DNA from: Coprothermobacterota bacterium
Lineage (GTDB): Bacteria > Coprothermobacterota > Coprothermobacteria > Coprothermobacterales > Coprothermobacteraceae
Direction: 5' to 3'
Length of the DNA: 64,000 bases
Assembly (NCBI GenBank): GCA_036679065.1
Contig: JAZIGN010000004.1
Span: 96,001-160,000, forward strand
Position 1 is the stretch's first letter, and each line of letters starts with the position of its first letter. The position numbers and the translations under genes are program-made. Positions 1 to 9,572 of the stretch are shown one piece after another. The notes below the pieces were generated by a model, which saw only the letters and a program-made list of their open reading frames with translations, was not told the DNA's origin and made no database searches.

Positions 1-357
1 ATCATTTATGATCTCGTTGATGACATGGCTAACCTGCTAAAGGGACTCGTAAAACCCAAAGAGGTAGAAGTGGTTCTGGGACACGCAGAAGTACGTCGGA
101 CGTTTAGAGTGCCTCGAGTAGGAACAGTTGCAGGTTGTTACGTTACCGATGGGAAGATAGTGAGAAATGGCCGAGTTAGGGTTCTGAGAAATGGTGTCAT
201 CATTGCTGAAACCTCCATTGGTAGCTTGAAGCGGTTCAAAGACGATGTACGTGAAGTGGTTCAGGGATTCGAGTGCGGTGTCGGTTTGGAAAACTTTCAT
301 GATATTAAAGAAGGGGACATTCTGGAGGTTTATACCATTCAGGAGGAAGTGGCGTAG
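1..357 (+). CDS. infB: Translation initiation factor IF-2, C-terminal part (5'-truncated by window)
   Basis: IIYDL...GHAEVR..F...GTVAGCYV...[19 protein letters not shown]-terminal IF-2 motifs; followed by ylxP-rbfA-truB-ribF. Confidence 0.97.
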   Translation: MIYDLVDDMANLLKGLVKPKEVEVVLGHAEVRRTFRVPRVGTVAGCYVTDGKIVRNGRVRVLRNGVIIAETSIGSLKRFKDDVREVVQGFECGVGLENFHDIKEGDILEVYTIQEEVA

Positions 358-359
358 TT

Positions 360-641
360 GTGTTTGTGGGCAGTTTAAGGGTAACGCTGCTTATAAATGG
401 TTCTCGAACGTTAAAGGATAAAAGACAAGTTGTGAGGTCCATTCTTGACACGGTTAGGTCTCGTAGAAATGTGGCCGCTGCTGAGGTGGGAAGTTTGAAT
501 AACACCTCCGTGGCAGAACTTGGTTTTGCTACCGTTAACGGCCAAATGCAAAAAGTCAGAGAATCAATGGACTGGATTGTAAATTTCATCCAGGATAATT
601 ACGACTTAGACATAATAGAGCAAGAAATTACCGTTTATTAA
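360..641 (+). CDS. ylxP: DUF503/YlxP family protein
   Basis: S.TLKDKRQVVRS...NVAAAEV pattern; canonical position between infB and rbfA. Confidence 0.88.
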   Translation: MFVGSLRVTLLINGSRTLKDKRQVVRSILDTVRSRRNVAAAEVGSLNNTSVAELGFATVNGQMQKVRESMDWIVNFIQDNYDLDIIEQEITVY

Positions 642-662
642 CGGCTTCAAGGGGTGATTAGA

Positions 663-1085
663 ATGAAACCTCTCAGAAAAGAGCGGCTCCAGCAGGCAAT
701 AAAGCAGGAATTGTCCAAGATTCTGCTGGAGGACATGAATGATGAACGTCTCAAGTTTGTGACCGTTACTGATGTGGAATTGTCTGACGATCAGAAGTAT
801 TTGAAGGTTTACTTCTCCACAATACCAGGAAAAGATCCAGAACAAATTTTGCAGTCCTTAGGAAGAATAAAGGGCTATATTAGTGGCGAGGTTGCACGGA
901 CGCTGAGATTGAGATTTGCGCCTGAAATAAAGTTCGAACTGGACGACTCCATTGAAAGAGGAGTTCGGATGGTAAGGCTGCTGGAAGATTTAGAAAAGAA
1001 GGATAAACCGGGCCAAGATGAAATTGATGAAGATGGACTCGAAGAAAATACTGAAGGAAATAACGAAGAGTCGCAAGGGAATTAA
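663..1085 (+). CDS. rbfA: Ribosome-binding factor A with acidic C-terminal tail
   Basis: VTVTDVELSDD..YLKVY, LRLRFAPEIKF..DDSIE; ATG at 663 after GGGGTG. Confidence 0.95.
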   Translation: MKPLRKERLQQAIKQELSKILLEDMNDERLKFVTVTDVELSDDQKYLKVYFSTIPGKDPEQILQSLGRIKGYISGEVARTLRLRFAPEIKFELDDSIERGVRMVRLLEDLEKKDKPGQDEIDEDGLEENTEGNNEESQGN

Positions 1086-2253
1086 AATCGTCACTCACGA
1101 AAGGCCAGATGTGGATGCACTGGGTTCTGTGGCCGGCATGGGATGGATACTTCATTCCATGCCGATGCCATTTTTTACCTGTGTGGAGACTTGGCTGTCT
1201 TTCCACCCTGATCTCCGTCCACCGTCTTCAGCGTCAGCCTCTGACATGCAGTTGGTTCTGGATGTTTCCGATCCCAATAGGACGTACGGATTTGACATTG
1301 GTCTACACACGGTGGTCATTGACCACCACCCAGTAGAGGAAATGCGATTTCTCAGCGTTGTCGACCCCGATTGCTGTGCCACATCAGCTCTACTATCCGA
1401 GCTGTTTTTCGACTATTTAGATGAGAGGTCCTCAACGTGTTTACTAGCAGGGGTGTTGGCTGATACAGGTGTACTCTCTTACAGCAATGTGGATGAGCGG
1501 GCTTTAAGAGATGCACTAAGGCTTATACAGCGCGGCGCTAAATGGGAAATTGCCTACGGTGAAGCCACAAAAATCTGCGGCATGGAACAGGCGAAACACA
1601 TTGCGCAGCTCCTTAGAAAAGTGTATGAATACAAGCCTGGGGTTTTTGTTTTGACTGTACCAAAGGAAGATAGGATAAAGTACGGTTTTACCGACGCTGA
1701 TTGCAGCAGTGTTTTGTCCATTATGCAGTGGATAGGTAAAGGCTGCTTATTTATCTCAGCTCGGGAAAACAATAACCAAGCTCAAATTACTAATATCTCC
1801 TTTCGTTCAAGATATCCGTTTGAGGCCATCAAGTACGCAAAAGCTCTTGGTGGTGGCGGACATAGAATGGCTGCAGCTGCTAAGGTTTCTATGGGGTTAG
1901 GCGAGGTCATGGAAGAGGTGTTAGCTTTGGTGGATACTGATGTGGCTGCATTCACTCAAGAATGCAATGAGCCACCGCAGCTGAGTGAACTGGACTTGCA
2001 GCTTTCACAAGCCTATGCTGAATCAGAACTCTTGAGTGTTAACGTGACTGAGGGCCTGCTAGAAGCCATGACTCAGCTAATCTCCAAAGGTGGCAACGCT
2101 GAGAGGGCGGCTATGAAGGTACGTGAGAACATCACTTTGGAAAGCTTACATGAGTTGGCTGAATGGATCAATAGTAGTGAGGATGTTAGCAATCCCACAA
2201 CACTTGTTCAACGCATTTTTGCCAGACAGGTGGATCTTTCATGCCAGAGTTAA
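1018..2253 (+). CDS. nrnA: DHH/DHHA1 phosphoesterase (NrnA-like nanoRNase/pAp phosphatase) with C-terminal extension; start uncertain (1018/1027/1033)
   Basis: HERPDVDALGS, LDVS, IDHH, ADTG, SFRS, GGGGHRMAAA motifs; usual position between rbfA and truB. Confidence 0.88.
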   Translation: MKLMKMDSKKILKEITKSRKGIKIVTHERPDVDALGSVAGMGWILHSMPMPFFTCVETWLSFHPDLRPPSSASASDMQLVLDVSDPNRTYGFDIGLHTVVIDHHPVEEMRFLSVVDPDCCATSALLSELFFDYLDERSSTCLLAGVLADTGVLSYSNVDERALRDALRLIQRGAKWEIAYGEATKICGMEQAKHIAQLLRKVYEYKPGVFVLTVPKEDRIKYGFTDADCSSVLSIMQWIGKGCLFISARENNNQAQITNISFRSRYPFEAIKYAKALGGGGHRMAAAAKVSMGLGEVMEEVLALVDTDVAAFTQECNEPPQLSELDLQLSQAYAESELLSVNVTEGLLEAMTQLISKGGNAERAAMKVRENITLESLHELAEWINSSEDVSNPTTLVQRIFARQVDLSCQS

Positions 2254-3113
2254 ATGGTTTTTTGTGGACAATTAAACCCAAAGGCTTGAAACCCATGGCA
2301 TTCTTGTCCAAAGTGAAGTCTGCACTTGGTGTAAAGAAAGCTGGTTACGTGGGAGCGTTAGATCCTTTTGCCTGGGGCCTCATGCCGGTTTGCATAGGAC
2401 GAGCCTGTCGTTTTTCTGATTATTTCCTTTCACTACCCAAGACTTATGTGTGCGCACTTCAGTTTGGCTTAGAGACAGATACATGGGACATAACGGGAAA
2501 CACTACTGGTGTTTCCGAGCGCAGACCAAGTATGTCAGAACTGGTAAGCTGCTTAAACAAGCTCAAGGGCGACATTGAGTATCCCATACCACCTCTTTCC
2601 TCGAAAAAGGTGAACGGCAAAAGGCTTTATCATCTCTTTTACGAGGGCAAACCCATTACAGACCTTGAAGGGGTTGCTCATGTGAGCACAAGCCTGCTAC
2701 TGGAGGTGCAAGAATCGTCACAGCGGGGAGTTGAAAAAGCTATAGTCCTGTTTGAGGTCAGCAAAGGGACATACATAAGGGGACTTGCAATGAAAATCGG
2801 TGAAATAGTAGCTTCTCCGTGCGTAGTTTCAGATCTGGCGCGCGTCAGAATTGGACACATCAGCATTGATTCTGGAATACCATTAGAAGAGTTGAACGCA
2901 GGGAAAGTGGTCTGCATTGAAGAAGCGCTATCTTTCTTGCCCGACATCAAAGTTGAAGGCGATGAGGAAAAATGCTTGAGACAATCAGGCAAAGCTGACT
3001 ATTTTTCAGATACTGATGGTGATTCTTCATACTACAGAATATGGGGAACACAGGGTTTCATGGGTGTGGGTAAGATTAGCCAAGGAGAGTTGGTGATGGA
3101 ACGTTGGTGGTAA
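2241..3113 (+). CDS. truB: tRNA pseudouridine(55) synthase
   Basis: KKAGYVGALDPFA.G, K.Y, PP.SSKKVNGKRLY, VSKGTYIR; operon context. Confidence 0.92.
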   Translation: MPELNGFLWTIKPKGLKPMAFLSKVKSALGVKKAGYVGALDPFAWGLMPVCIGRACRFSDYFLSLPKTYVCALQFGLETDTWDITGNTTGVSERRPSMSELVSCLNKLKGDIEYPIPPLSSKKVNGKRLYHLFYEGKPITDLEGVAHVSTSLLLEVQESSQRGVEKAIVLFEVSKGTYIRGLAMKIGEIVASPCVVSDLARVRIGHISIDSGIPLEELNAGKVVCIEEALSFLPDIKVEGDEEKCLRQSGKADYFSDTDGDSSYYRIWGTQGFMGVGKISQGELVMERWW

Positions 3114-4054
3114 ACGTTGTAGAAGATAAGATAGAAAAGGTCGTAATCATCGTATTTGGTGGATTTGAGTCCATACATTTAGGACATCGCAGATTGCTTG
3201 CTCATATCAGCGGAATGGATCGCTCAGCTGTATTGACTTTTGAACCATTGCCGAAGGAAGCCATGGGTTACAGTCAAAGTAGGATTCTTACTGATGATGA
3301 AAGGCTGTGCGCTTTTGAAAGCATGGGCGTAGGCCAGGTAATAAAGCTTCCTTTTGAAAGAATAAAGGACTTGGAACCCGAGGAGTTTCTTTCAAAATAC
3401 TTGATGGGTGTTCAAACCATAGTAGTTGGTGAAAACTTCCGTTTTGGACGTAACGCTTTAGGGGATGTTGGGTTGCTCAAAAAGTGGTGTCAGCTCAACG
3501 GAAAGAACTTAATAGTGGAGCCTCTGGTGTCAGTGGATGGCGAAACAGTTAGTACTAAGGCAATAAAGAGCTATATCCACGAGGGCAACATGGAAAGGGC
3601 ATTTAGACTGTTGGGTTATCCCTATTTCATAAGAGGACCTAGGGTCCATGGAAACAAGATTGGCAGTAAGATAGGAGTTCCCACCATAAACCTGCACTGG
3701 AGTAAACAAAAGACGCGGCCGCCCTACGGAGTTTATGACGGATTTTTACTAAGCAATCAGTGGTCGGGCCCTGCTCTGGCTTCTTTTGGAAAGGCGCCGA
3801 CCTTTGACCGAAAAGATGTGCTTTTAGAGATATATGTTCCTGGTATTGATGTAGACATTGCTGCAGGCGAAATCGTGCTTTATGGCTTCCACAGGTTCAT
3901 CAGAGAAGAAAAGAAGTTCCCAGACACTACCTCGTTGGTACAACAAATTAGAGAAGACGAGAATGTTTTGGAAATGGACACCGATTTAATCAACAGCGAA
4001 ATGGATCAGCTGCTTAAACTGTTTAACAGAGCTTGTCTCTTACCTTCTAGATAG
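3104..4054 (+). CDS. ribF: Bifunctional FAD synthetase/riboflavin kinase
   Basis: GGFESIHLGH, LTFEP, VGENFRFG, G..IGVPTINL, FIREEKKF. Confidence 0.92.
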   Translation: MVVNVVEDKIEKVVIIVFGGFESIHLGHRRLLAHISGMDRSAVLTFEPLPKEAMGYSQSRILTDDERLCAFESMGVGQVIKLPFERIKDLEPEEFLSKYLMGVQTIVVGENFRFGRNALGDVGLLKKWCQLNGKNLIVEPLVSVDGETVSTKAIKSYIHEGNMERAFRLLGYPYFIRGPRVHGNKIGSKIGVPTINLHWSKQKTRPPYGVYDGFLLSNQWSGPALASFGKAPTFDRKDVLLEIYVPGIDVDIAAGEIVLYGFHRFIREEKKFPDTTSLVQQIREDENVLEMDTDLINSEMDQLLKLFNRACLLPSR

Positions 4055-4728
4055 GTCACAATTGGACTGACGCTGTCTTCATCCTTTGCTGAAAAAGTGA
4101 GTATTTGAACGTGAGGATTAATTTGGCGCACACTTTGTTTGAACTTTTCAATGTCAAGCTCCATGACAGGTGCCAAATCGACTTTGGTTAAGACTACTGT
4201 GGTGGCTTTAGTGAACATGGGAGGATACTTTATGGGTTTGTCGAACCCTTCGGGAATGGAGTAAACTACTAGTCTCTCGTGTTCACCCAAGTTGAAATCA
4301 GAAGGGCAAACCAAGTTACCTACGTTTTCAATGAAGACAAATTCAGGTTTATATTCAACTAATAATCGAAGTTTGTCTGCTACCCAGGGAGCCTCCAAGT
4401 GGCATGCCGAGCCATAAACGTCCGTGTTGACCTGCACCACGGGTACGCCCATCTTTGCAAACTCGATGGAATCTACCGAAGACGCTATATCGCCTTCCAA
4501 TACTGCAATCTTCAGATGCTTAGCCAAGGCCTTAATGAGTGTAGTCTTTCCACTGCCTGGAGATCCCATTACGTTAGTAAGAAATACTCCTCTACCGGTG
4601 TAAAGATGATATATCTCATGAGCTACTTCATCGTTCGCTTGAAGGATGTTTTTCCCAAGGTTGATACGTGTAACGTCTTCAGATGGACCGTGTCCCTCTA
4701 AGTGTTCAAAAAAAAGCATTCTTTTCAT
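4006..4728 (-). CDS. hypB: Hydrogenase nickel-incorporation GTPase
   Basis: GSPGSGKTT, ACHL, ENVGNLVCP, DKPIKYP, TKVDL. Confidence 0.96.
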   Translation of the reverse strand: MKRMLFFEHLEGHGPSEDVTRINLGKNILQANDEVAHEIYHLYTGRGVFLTNVMGSPGSGKTTLIKALAKHLKIAVLEGDIASSVDSIEFAKMGVPVVQVNTDVYGSACHLEAPWVADKLRLLVEYKPEFVFIENVGNLVCPSDFNLGEHERLVVYSIPEGFDKPIKYPPMFTKATTVVLTKVDLAPVMELDIEKFKQSVRQINPHVQILTFSAKDEDSVSPIVTYLEGKRQALLNSLSS

Positions 4729-4736
4729 GTTCTTCT

Positions 4737-5105
4737 TTATACCTCCTTATTATTGTTAGTAGTGTTTTCTACGTCGATGTACTGTATCTCCAATTCATTT
4801 CCGCTTATGAAGGTAACATTACTACTCTTACACTTTGGGCACCAGAAGAGTTCTCGCGAAGGTTCGAAAACGTTCTTGCAGTCGTTGCACTGGAAGAGAA
4901 CTGGTGCCAGAACGATATCAAAGGTGGCATTATTTAACCCCTCCTCTGGTGCTATGAGGTTCAGATACATGTTTAACGCATCCGGTATGATGCCTGACAT
5001 TTTTCCAATTTTGAGACCAACCCTCTTTACCAAGGTTGGATCAATCTCACCCAGTTCTTTCTTTATCTGGTAAATCGTGTGCTTCGCCACATAATACTCA
5101 TGCAT
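4737..5105 (-). CDS. hypA: Hydrogenase nickel metallochaperone
   Basis: N-terminal MHE, CNDC and CPKC zinc ligands, G.EL. Confidence 0.96.
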   Translation of the reverse strand: MHEYYVAKHTIYQIKKELGEIDPTLVKRVGLKIGKMSGIIPDALNMYLNLIAPEEGLNNATFDIVLAPVLFQCNDCKNVFEPSRELFWCPKCKSSNVTFISGNELEIQYIDVENTTNNNKEV

Positions 5106-5117
5106 GGCCGGCTCCGG

Positions 5118-6077
5118 TCAGCATATTCTTGGCAGTATTTCGCCCGTTAATGGCGGAACATAGGTCTCATAACCATCAACGACTTTGGTTAGTGTTTTAT
5201 GATCATTGACCACTTCTCCAATTATGGACGAGTTAGGTGCAAAAGGCTTCAAAAGCTCTAAAAGCTCATGAGCTTTGTGTGGACTAATCACGATTACCAT
5301 CCTTCCTTCCGAAGCAAGATGAAGAGGCTCGATACCGAGAAGCTCGCATACGCCAGTCACCTCGGGGATAATGGGCACTTGTTCTTGAAAGAGCCTCACA
5401 CCCAGAGAAAACTCTCTGCAGAACTCTTGGAGGATGGTGCCCACACCACCACGAGTAGGATCCCTCATCCACCTCAAGTGGCCTTGGAAAGGTTGTAGAA
5501 CATCAGGTAACCAGTAGAGCGGTTCACAGTCACTTGTTAGCTGAGCCTCGAGGTCAAACTTCTTCGATGCAAGAAGCATGGCTGCGCCATGTCTGGCAAT
5601 GTCGCCCGTCACGATAACTGCGTCTCCTGGCAGCGGTGCTGAAAATTCCAGCACTTTCTCGCCGATCCCCGATGTGGTAATAAAGATTTTATCAGCGGCT
5701 CCCCTTTGGACTACTTTCGTGTCCCCGGTAACGACTTTCACTCGAGCCAGCTTAGATGTCATACGAACATCTTCCAAGACTCTACGCACTACGTCGGTGT
5801 CCAACCCTTCCTCCAGAATAAGGCTTAACGCTAATGCTGAAGGTCTGGCCCCTGCAGCTACCAAATCGTTGACTGTGCCACTCACAGCCAATGTTCCAAT
5901 GGAACCACCTGGAAAGAAAGGCGGATCAGCTACGAAGCTATCTATGGTAAAAGCAGTTCTACCCACAATAGCAGCGTCACCAGAAATGCTCTGTTCCAAT
6001 ACTGGAAAAACAGTTTCTTCCAAGAAATGGGTCATCTCTTCTCCACCCGTGCCAATGCTGAGTGTGATTTTATCCAT
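5118..6077 (-). CDS. hypE: Hydrogenase maturation carbamoyl dehydratase
   Basis: FFPGGSIG.LAV.GTVND, VTGDTKVV, MRDPTRGG, C-terminal PRIC; ATG at 6077 after GGAGGTG. Confidence 0.96.
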   Translation of the reverse strand: MDKITLSIGTGGEEMTHFLEETVFPVLEQSISGDAAIVGRTAFTIDSFVADPPFFPGGSIGTLAVSGTVNDLVAAGARPSALALSLILEEGLDTDVVRRVLEDVRMTSKLARVKVVTGDTKVVQRGAADKIFITTSGIGEKVLEFSAPLPGDAVIVTGDIARHGAAMLLASKKFDLEAQLTSDCEPLYWLPDVLQPFQGHLRWMRDPTRGGVGTILQEFCREFSLGVRLFQEQVPIIPEVTGVCELLGIEPLHLASEGRMVIVISPHKAHELLELLKPFAPNSSIIGEVVNDHKTLTKVVDGYETYVPPLTGEILPRIC

Positions 6078-7116
6078 GTAGGTTTGCACCTCCATATCTA
6101 AACCAAGCAGCGCAAGCACCTTCTGAAGAAACCATACAAGGGCCCACTGGGTTTCGTGGGGTGCATGCCGAAGCAAATAAAGGGCAGCTGGGTGGATCTA
6201 CGGCGCCCAAAACTACTTCTGCGCACCTACATCCTGGTGGGGGACTAACTTGGGGATCCTCAACGGGAAACTGTATCTGAGCGTCCAAATGTGAGAACTC
6301 CTTTTTGAGCACCATGGCACTGCTTGGAATGAAACCTAGGCCCCTCCAAAATCCGCTTCCCACTTCAAAATAACTGCTTATGAGTAACTGAGCTTTCTCA
6401 TTCCCGTCTTCACGGACTACCTCAGGGTATGCATTTATGACACCGAACTCGCCATTTACAATAAGCTTAAGTAGAATCTTTATTCCCCTGAGCATTTGAT
6501 CTTTACTAAAGCCAGTTACTACACCGGGGATGCCTGAAGAACTCAATATGGGTTTGTAAGCACTTGCCCCTATGATGGCGGAGACATGTCCAGGTAGCAG
6601 AAGGCCATCTATGTTTACGCGTCCCGATTCAAACAGGACTTGCAGAGCTGGAACAAGTCGTTTGTGATTCACCATGAAGAACAGGTTCTTAGCGTTTAGA
6701 GTCTCGCGGTCCTGGATAGCGGCAGCTACTGCTGGCATAGTGGTTTCAAATCCTACGGCAAAAAAGACGCAAGTTTCGTCCTCATGTTCTACAGCATACT
6801 TTACTGCATCTACCGGTGAATACACGACTTGAACCTTCTTACCTTCACTTCGCAGCGTAGCTAAGGAACCAAGAGGAGTAGGGACCTTGATCATGTCACC
6901 AAAAGTGATAAGCGTGAGGTCGTATTTCTTTGCCATTAGTATTACTCTGGCTAAGTCCCTGTCATCAGTTACGCAAACGGGACACCCTGGTCCACTTACA
7001 AGCTTTACCCAATCGGGAAGCGAGAAGCGTACACCAGTTCTGAAGAGCTCATGGGTATGAGTACCGCATACCTCCATAATGGTAGCGGGGCTAGTTGAGG
7101 AAAACGTCCTCATCAC
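6070..7116 (-). CDS. hypD: Hydrogenase maturation protein HypD
   Basis: MEVCGTHT, GPGCPVC, GFETT, PGHVS, GPCMVSSEGACAA. Confidence 0.97.
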   Translation of the reverse strand: MMRTFSSTSPATIMEVCGTHTHELFRTGVRFSLPDWVKLVSGPGCPVCVTDDRDLARVILMAKKYDLTLITFGDMIKVPTPLGSLATLRSEGKKVQVVYSPVDAVKYAVEHEDETCVFFAVGFETTMPAVAAAIQDRETLNAKNLFFMVNHKRLVPALQVLFESGRVNIDGLLLPGHVSAIIGASAYKPILSSSGIPGVVTGFSKDQMLRGIKILLKLIVNGEFGVINAYPEVVREDGNEKAQLLISSYFEVGSGFWRGLGFIPSSAMVLKKEFSHLDAQIQFPVEDPQVSPPPGCRCAEVVLGAVDPPSCPLFASACTPRNPVGPCMVSSEGACAAWFRYGGANLHG

Positions 7117-7321
7117 TTAGTTCCTTCCACATTTCCAGTGTTTCTTGTGCCTCTTGTTGGTTCATTATTTCAATAGCCATTCCAGCATGTACCATGACAT
7201 AGTCGCCTGGTTTTACATCTGGCACCACGTCTATTCTAATTTCTCTGCGGACGTTCATGAAGGATGCTAACGCTTTGTTCCCTTGTATCTCCTCCACTAA
7301 CATGGGTATTCCCAAACACAT
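7091..7321 (-). CDS. hypC: Hydrogenase chaperone HypC
   Basis: MCLGIP N-terminus, GDYVMVHAG.AI; SD GAGGAGG. Confidence 0.97.
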   Translation of the reverse strand: MCLGIPMLVEEIQGNKALASFMNVRREIRIDVVPDVKPGDYVMVHAGMAIEIMNQQEAQETLEMWKELSDEDVFLN

Positions 7322-9527
7322 TGTCCTTCCTCCTCAAAGCATACGCTATTTGACCTAAGGCAATACCATTGTCATTCATGGGTACCTGCCTATTTCTGAA
7401 AACTTTCATCCCCGTCTTTTCTAAGTATTCACGAACCGTGTTGTATAGAATGCTGTTTTGAAAAGATCCACCGGTTATGACCACTGTTTCATAGCCAACG
7501 TTTTCTGTCAGCTTCACGGTTAACTTTGCAATGGTGTTGTGAAAAAGTCTTGCTATGTCAGTTGCCTCATAGCCTGTTCTAATGAGCTCCAGTATGTTTT
7601 GAATGATATCCTTGGTAGAAACCACTGACCCTTTTATGCTAACGTTATCCGCGAAGTCACCTTTTTCTAAGCTCTTTTCAGCTACCATTTGCAATTTTTG
7701 TGCTGGTTCACCTTCGTAAGTTGTAATGGTGCAAATACCAAGGAGTGCTGATACTGCATCAAAAATGCGACCCATACCACAAGCCAGAGGAAATGGCGCT
7801 TCTTTGCTAAGAAGGGCAATCTGTCTCCCTTTCCTTCCAAAAAACTTCTCAGCTTCATCTGGCTCAAGGAGGCTGGCAGCTAAGCGCCATGGTTCTTCGA
7901 TAGCTTTTTCCCCACCTACTAGTGGTATGTAGTCAAAGTGAAACAGCCTTTGGTAGCTTGTGTCCTCAAGAAATAGCACTTCCGAACCCCACAAAGTCTC
8001 GTCATCACCATAGCCCGTTCCGTCATATACCACGGCAACAGCTTTGGAAAGCTGATTCTCTTCCATAGCGGATAGTGCATGTGCAACGTGGTGCTGCACT
8101 TCCATCACAGGTAAGCCCAGGGAATAGGCAAATTCATGAGAAAGATATCCTGGGTGTTTGTCCGTAACTACGATTTGAGGCTCTATGTCAAACAGCTCTT
8201 TTAGGTGGTCTATGACTTTAACATAGGTTTGCATAGTCCTAACGTTTTTAAGGTCACCTATGTACTGACCTAAAATGGCATATCCATTCTTCGCAAGTGC
8301 TGGCGTTGACTTCTCGTCTCCTCCTGTGGCGAGAATGGGCACCTTGCATTGGGTTGAGAGCTTTATAGGTAGCGGAACATAACCTCGGCTTCGTCTTATT
8401 ATATGAGGTCCGTCGCTTAGGACTTGTACAACAGAGTCATCGACGTGGGTTACTATGGCACGGTCATGAGTTAACACGCAATCAGCCATTTTCAGAAGTC
8501 TTGGCAGGTCTGAATCTTCGTAGTAGATAACTTCGCCATGTAGATTAGCAGAGGTCATTACCAAGACGGCCTCTGGCCAGTGGTGGAAGATAATGTGGTG
8601 TAGTGGAGTATAAGGTACCATGAACCCTAAATAGTTTTGTCCCGGTGCTACAAGATCAGGCAAGTCCGAGTTGGGTCTTTTCTTAAGAAGTACAATAGGG
8701 GCTGCAGCGGATTCGAGAAGCTCTCTTTCAGAACTGCTTGTGAAGCAAAGCTTTTCAACGTTTGAAAGTGTTGCCATGAGGGCAAAAGGTTCCTGGGGCC
8801 TCTTCTTTAACTGCCTCAGTCTTTGGACAGCGCTTTCATTAAGAGCATCACAAACCAAAAGATAACCTCCTAAGCTTTTAACAGATACAACTTTTCCTTC
8901 CTTGAGAAGTTGCACTGTTTTTCTTAAGTCGGGGTCAGGAACATGTGCACCTTCCTTTGTAAGCAAATACGTATTGGGTCCACAATTTGGACATGCCACC
9001 GGTTGAGCGTGATACCGCCTGTCTCTGTGGTCTGTATATTCCTTGTAACAGTCTTCACATAAAGAGAACGTCTTCATGGAAGTATTTGGTCTATCGTAGG
9101 GCAGTTTTTCTATGACGGTGTACCTTGGACCACAGTTGGTGCAGTTAGTCAGCGGATATAGATACCTTCGGCTTGTTGAATCGAGAATCTCTTCCACACA
9201 GTCATGACACGTGGCCAAGTCAGGTGGTATGAAAGTATAAACGTCTTTTTCATGGTCCGAAGCAAGGATAACAAACTCCCTTTCTCCCTGGGTCTCCTCG
9301 CATTCCCATGTAGTAAATTCAATAAATATGGACTCGTGAGGTTTTTCTTTATTCAATTTTTCTTCGAACTGTTCAATGAGGTAAGAATCCCCCTGGACCT
9401 CTATGAGCACCCCATGCCCACTGTTGAGTACGAACCCCGTTAAACCTAGTTCCTTAGCGATTTTCGCAACAAAGGGCCTAAAGCCGACGCCCTGCACAAT
9501 TCCATTGATTCTGAACGCTTTTCTCAT
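7236..9527 (-). CDS. hypF: Carbamoyltransferase HypF (start ATG 9527 or TTG 9530)
   Basis: GIVQGVGFRPF acylphosphatase domain, CxxC zinc fingers (CHDC/CTNC/CEDC/CPNC), QHHVAH, DGTGYG, NDNGIALGQ. Confidence 0.97.
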   Translation of the reverse strand: MRKAFRINGIVQGVGFRPFVAKIAKELGLTGFVLNSGHGVLIEVQGDSYLIEQFEEKLNKEKPHESIFIEFTTWECEETQGEREFVILASDHEKDVYTFIPPDLATCHDCVEEILDSTSRRYLYPLTNCTNCGPRYTVIEKLPYDRPNTSMKTFSLCEDCYKEYTDHRDRRYHAQPVACPNCGPNTYLLTKEGAHVPDPDLRKTVQLLKEGKVVSVKSLGGYLLVCDALNESAVQRLRQLKKRPQEPFALMATLSNVEKLCFTSSSERELLESAAAPIVLLKKRPNSDLPDLVAPGQNYLGFMVPYTPLHHIIFHHWPEAVLVMTSANLHGEVIYYEDSDLPRLLKMADCVLTHDRAIVTHVDDSVVQVLSDGPHIIRRSRGYVPLPIKLSTQCKVPILATGGDEKSTPALAKNGYAILGQYIGDLKNVRTMQTYVKVIDHLKELFDIEPQIVVTDKHPGYLSHEFAYSLGLPVMEVQHHVAHALSAMEENQLSKAVAVVYDGTGYGDDETLWGSEVLFLEDTSYQRLFHFDYIPLVGGEKAIEEPWRLAASLLEPDEAEKFFGRKGRQIALLSKEAPFPLACGMGRIFDAVSALLGICTITTYEGEPAQKLQMVAEKSLEKGDFADNVSIKGSVVSTKDIIQNILELIRTGYEATDIARLFHNTIAKLTVKLTENVGYETVVITGGSFQNSILYNTVREYLEKTGMKVFRNRQVPMNDNGIALGQIAYALRRKDNVFGNTHVSGGDTREQSVSILHERPQRN

Positions 9528-9572
9528 CAACAATGAATTATAGCAGGTATAATTAATTTGTCTGCATTGTTG
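9528..9572. promoter_or_regulatory. Back-to-back -10 boxes for hypF (minus) and the hydrogenase operon (plus)
   Basis: AATTATA-gcagg-TATAATT palindrome at 9536-9554; the minus copy is an extended TGcTATAAT; flanked by CAACAATG/CATTGTTG inverted repeat. Confidence 0.65.

Noticed and set aside
4708..4715. A8 tract near the hypB start as a phase-variation switch
   Set aside because: Frame is intact (Leu-Phe-Phe) and an 8-mer is too short to argue for slippage without read data
7236..7321. 86-nt hypF/hypC overlap as a programmed frameshift
   Set aside because: HypF is complete before the overlap and hypC has its own strong SD; best read as a late stop codon
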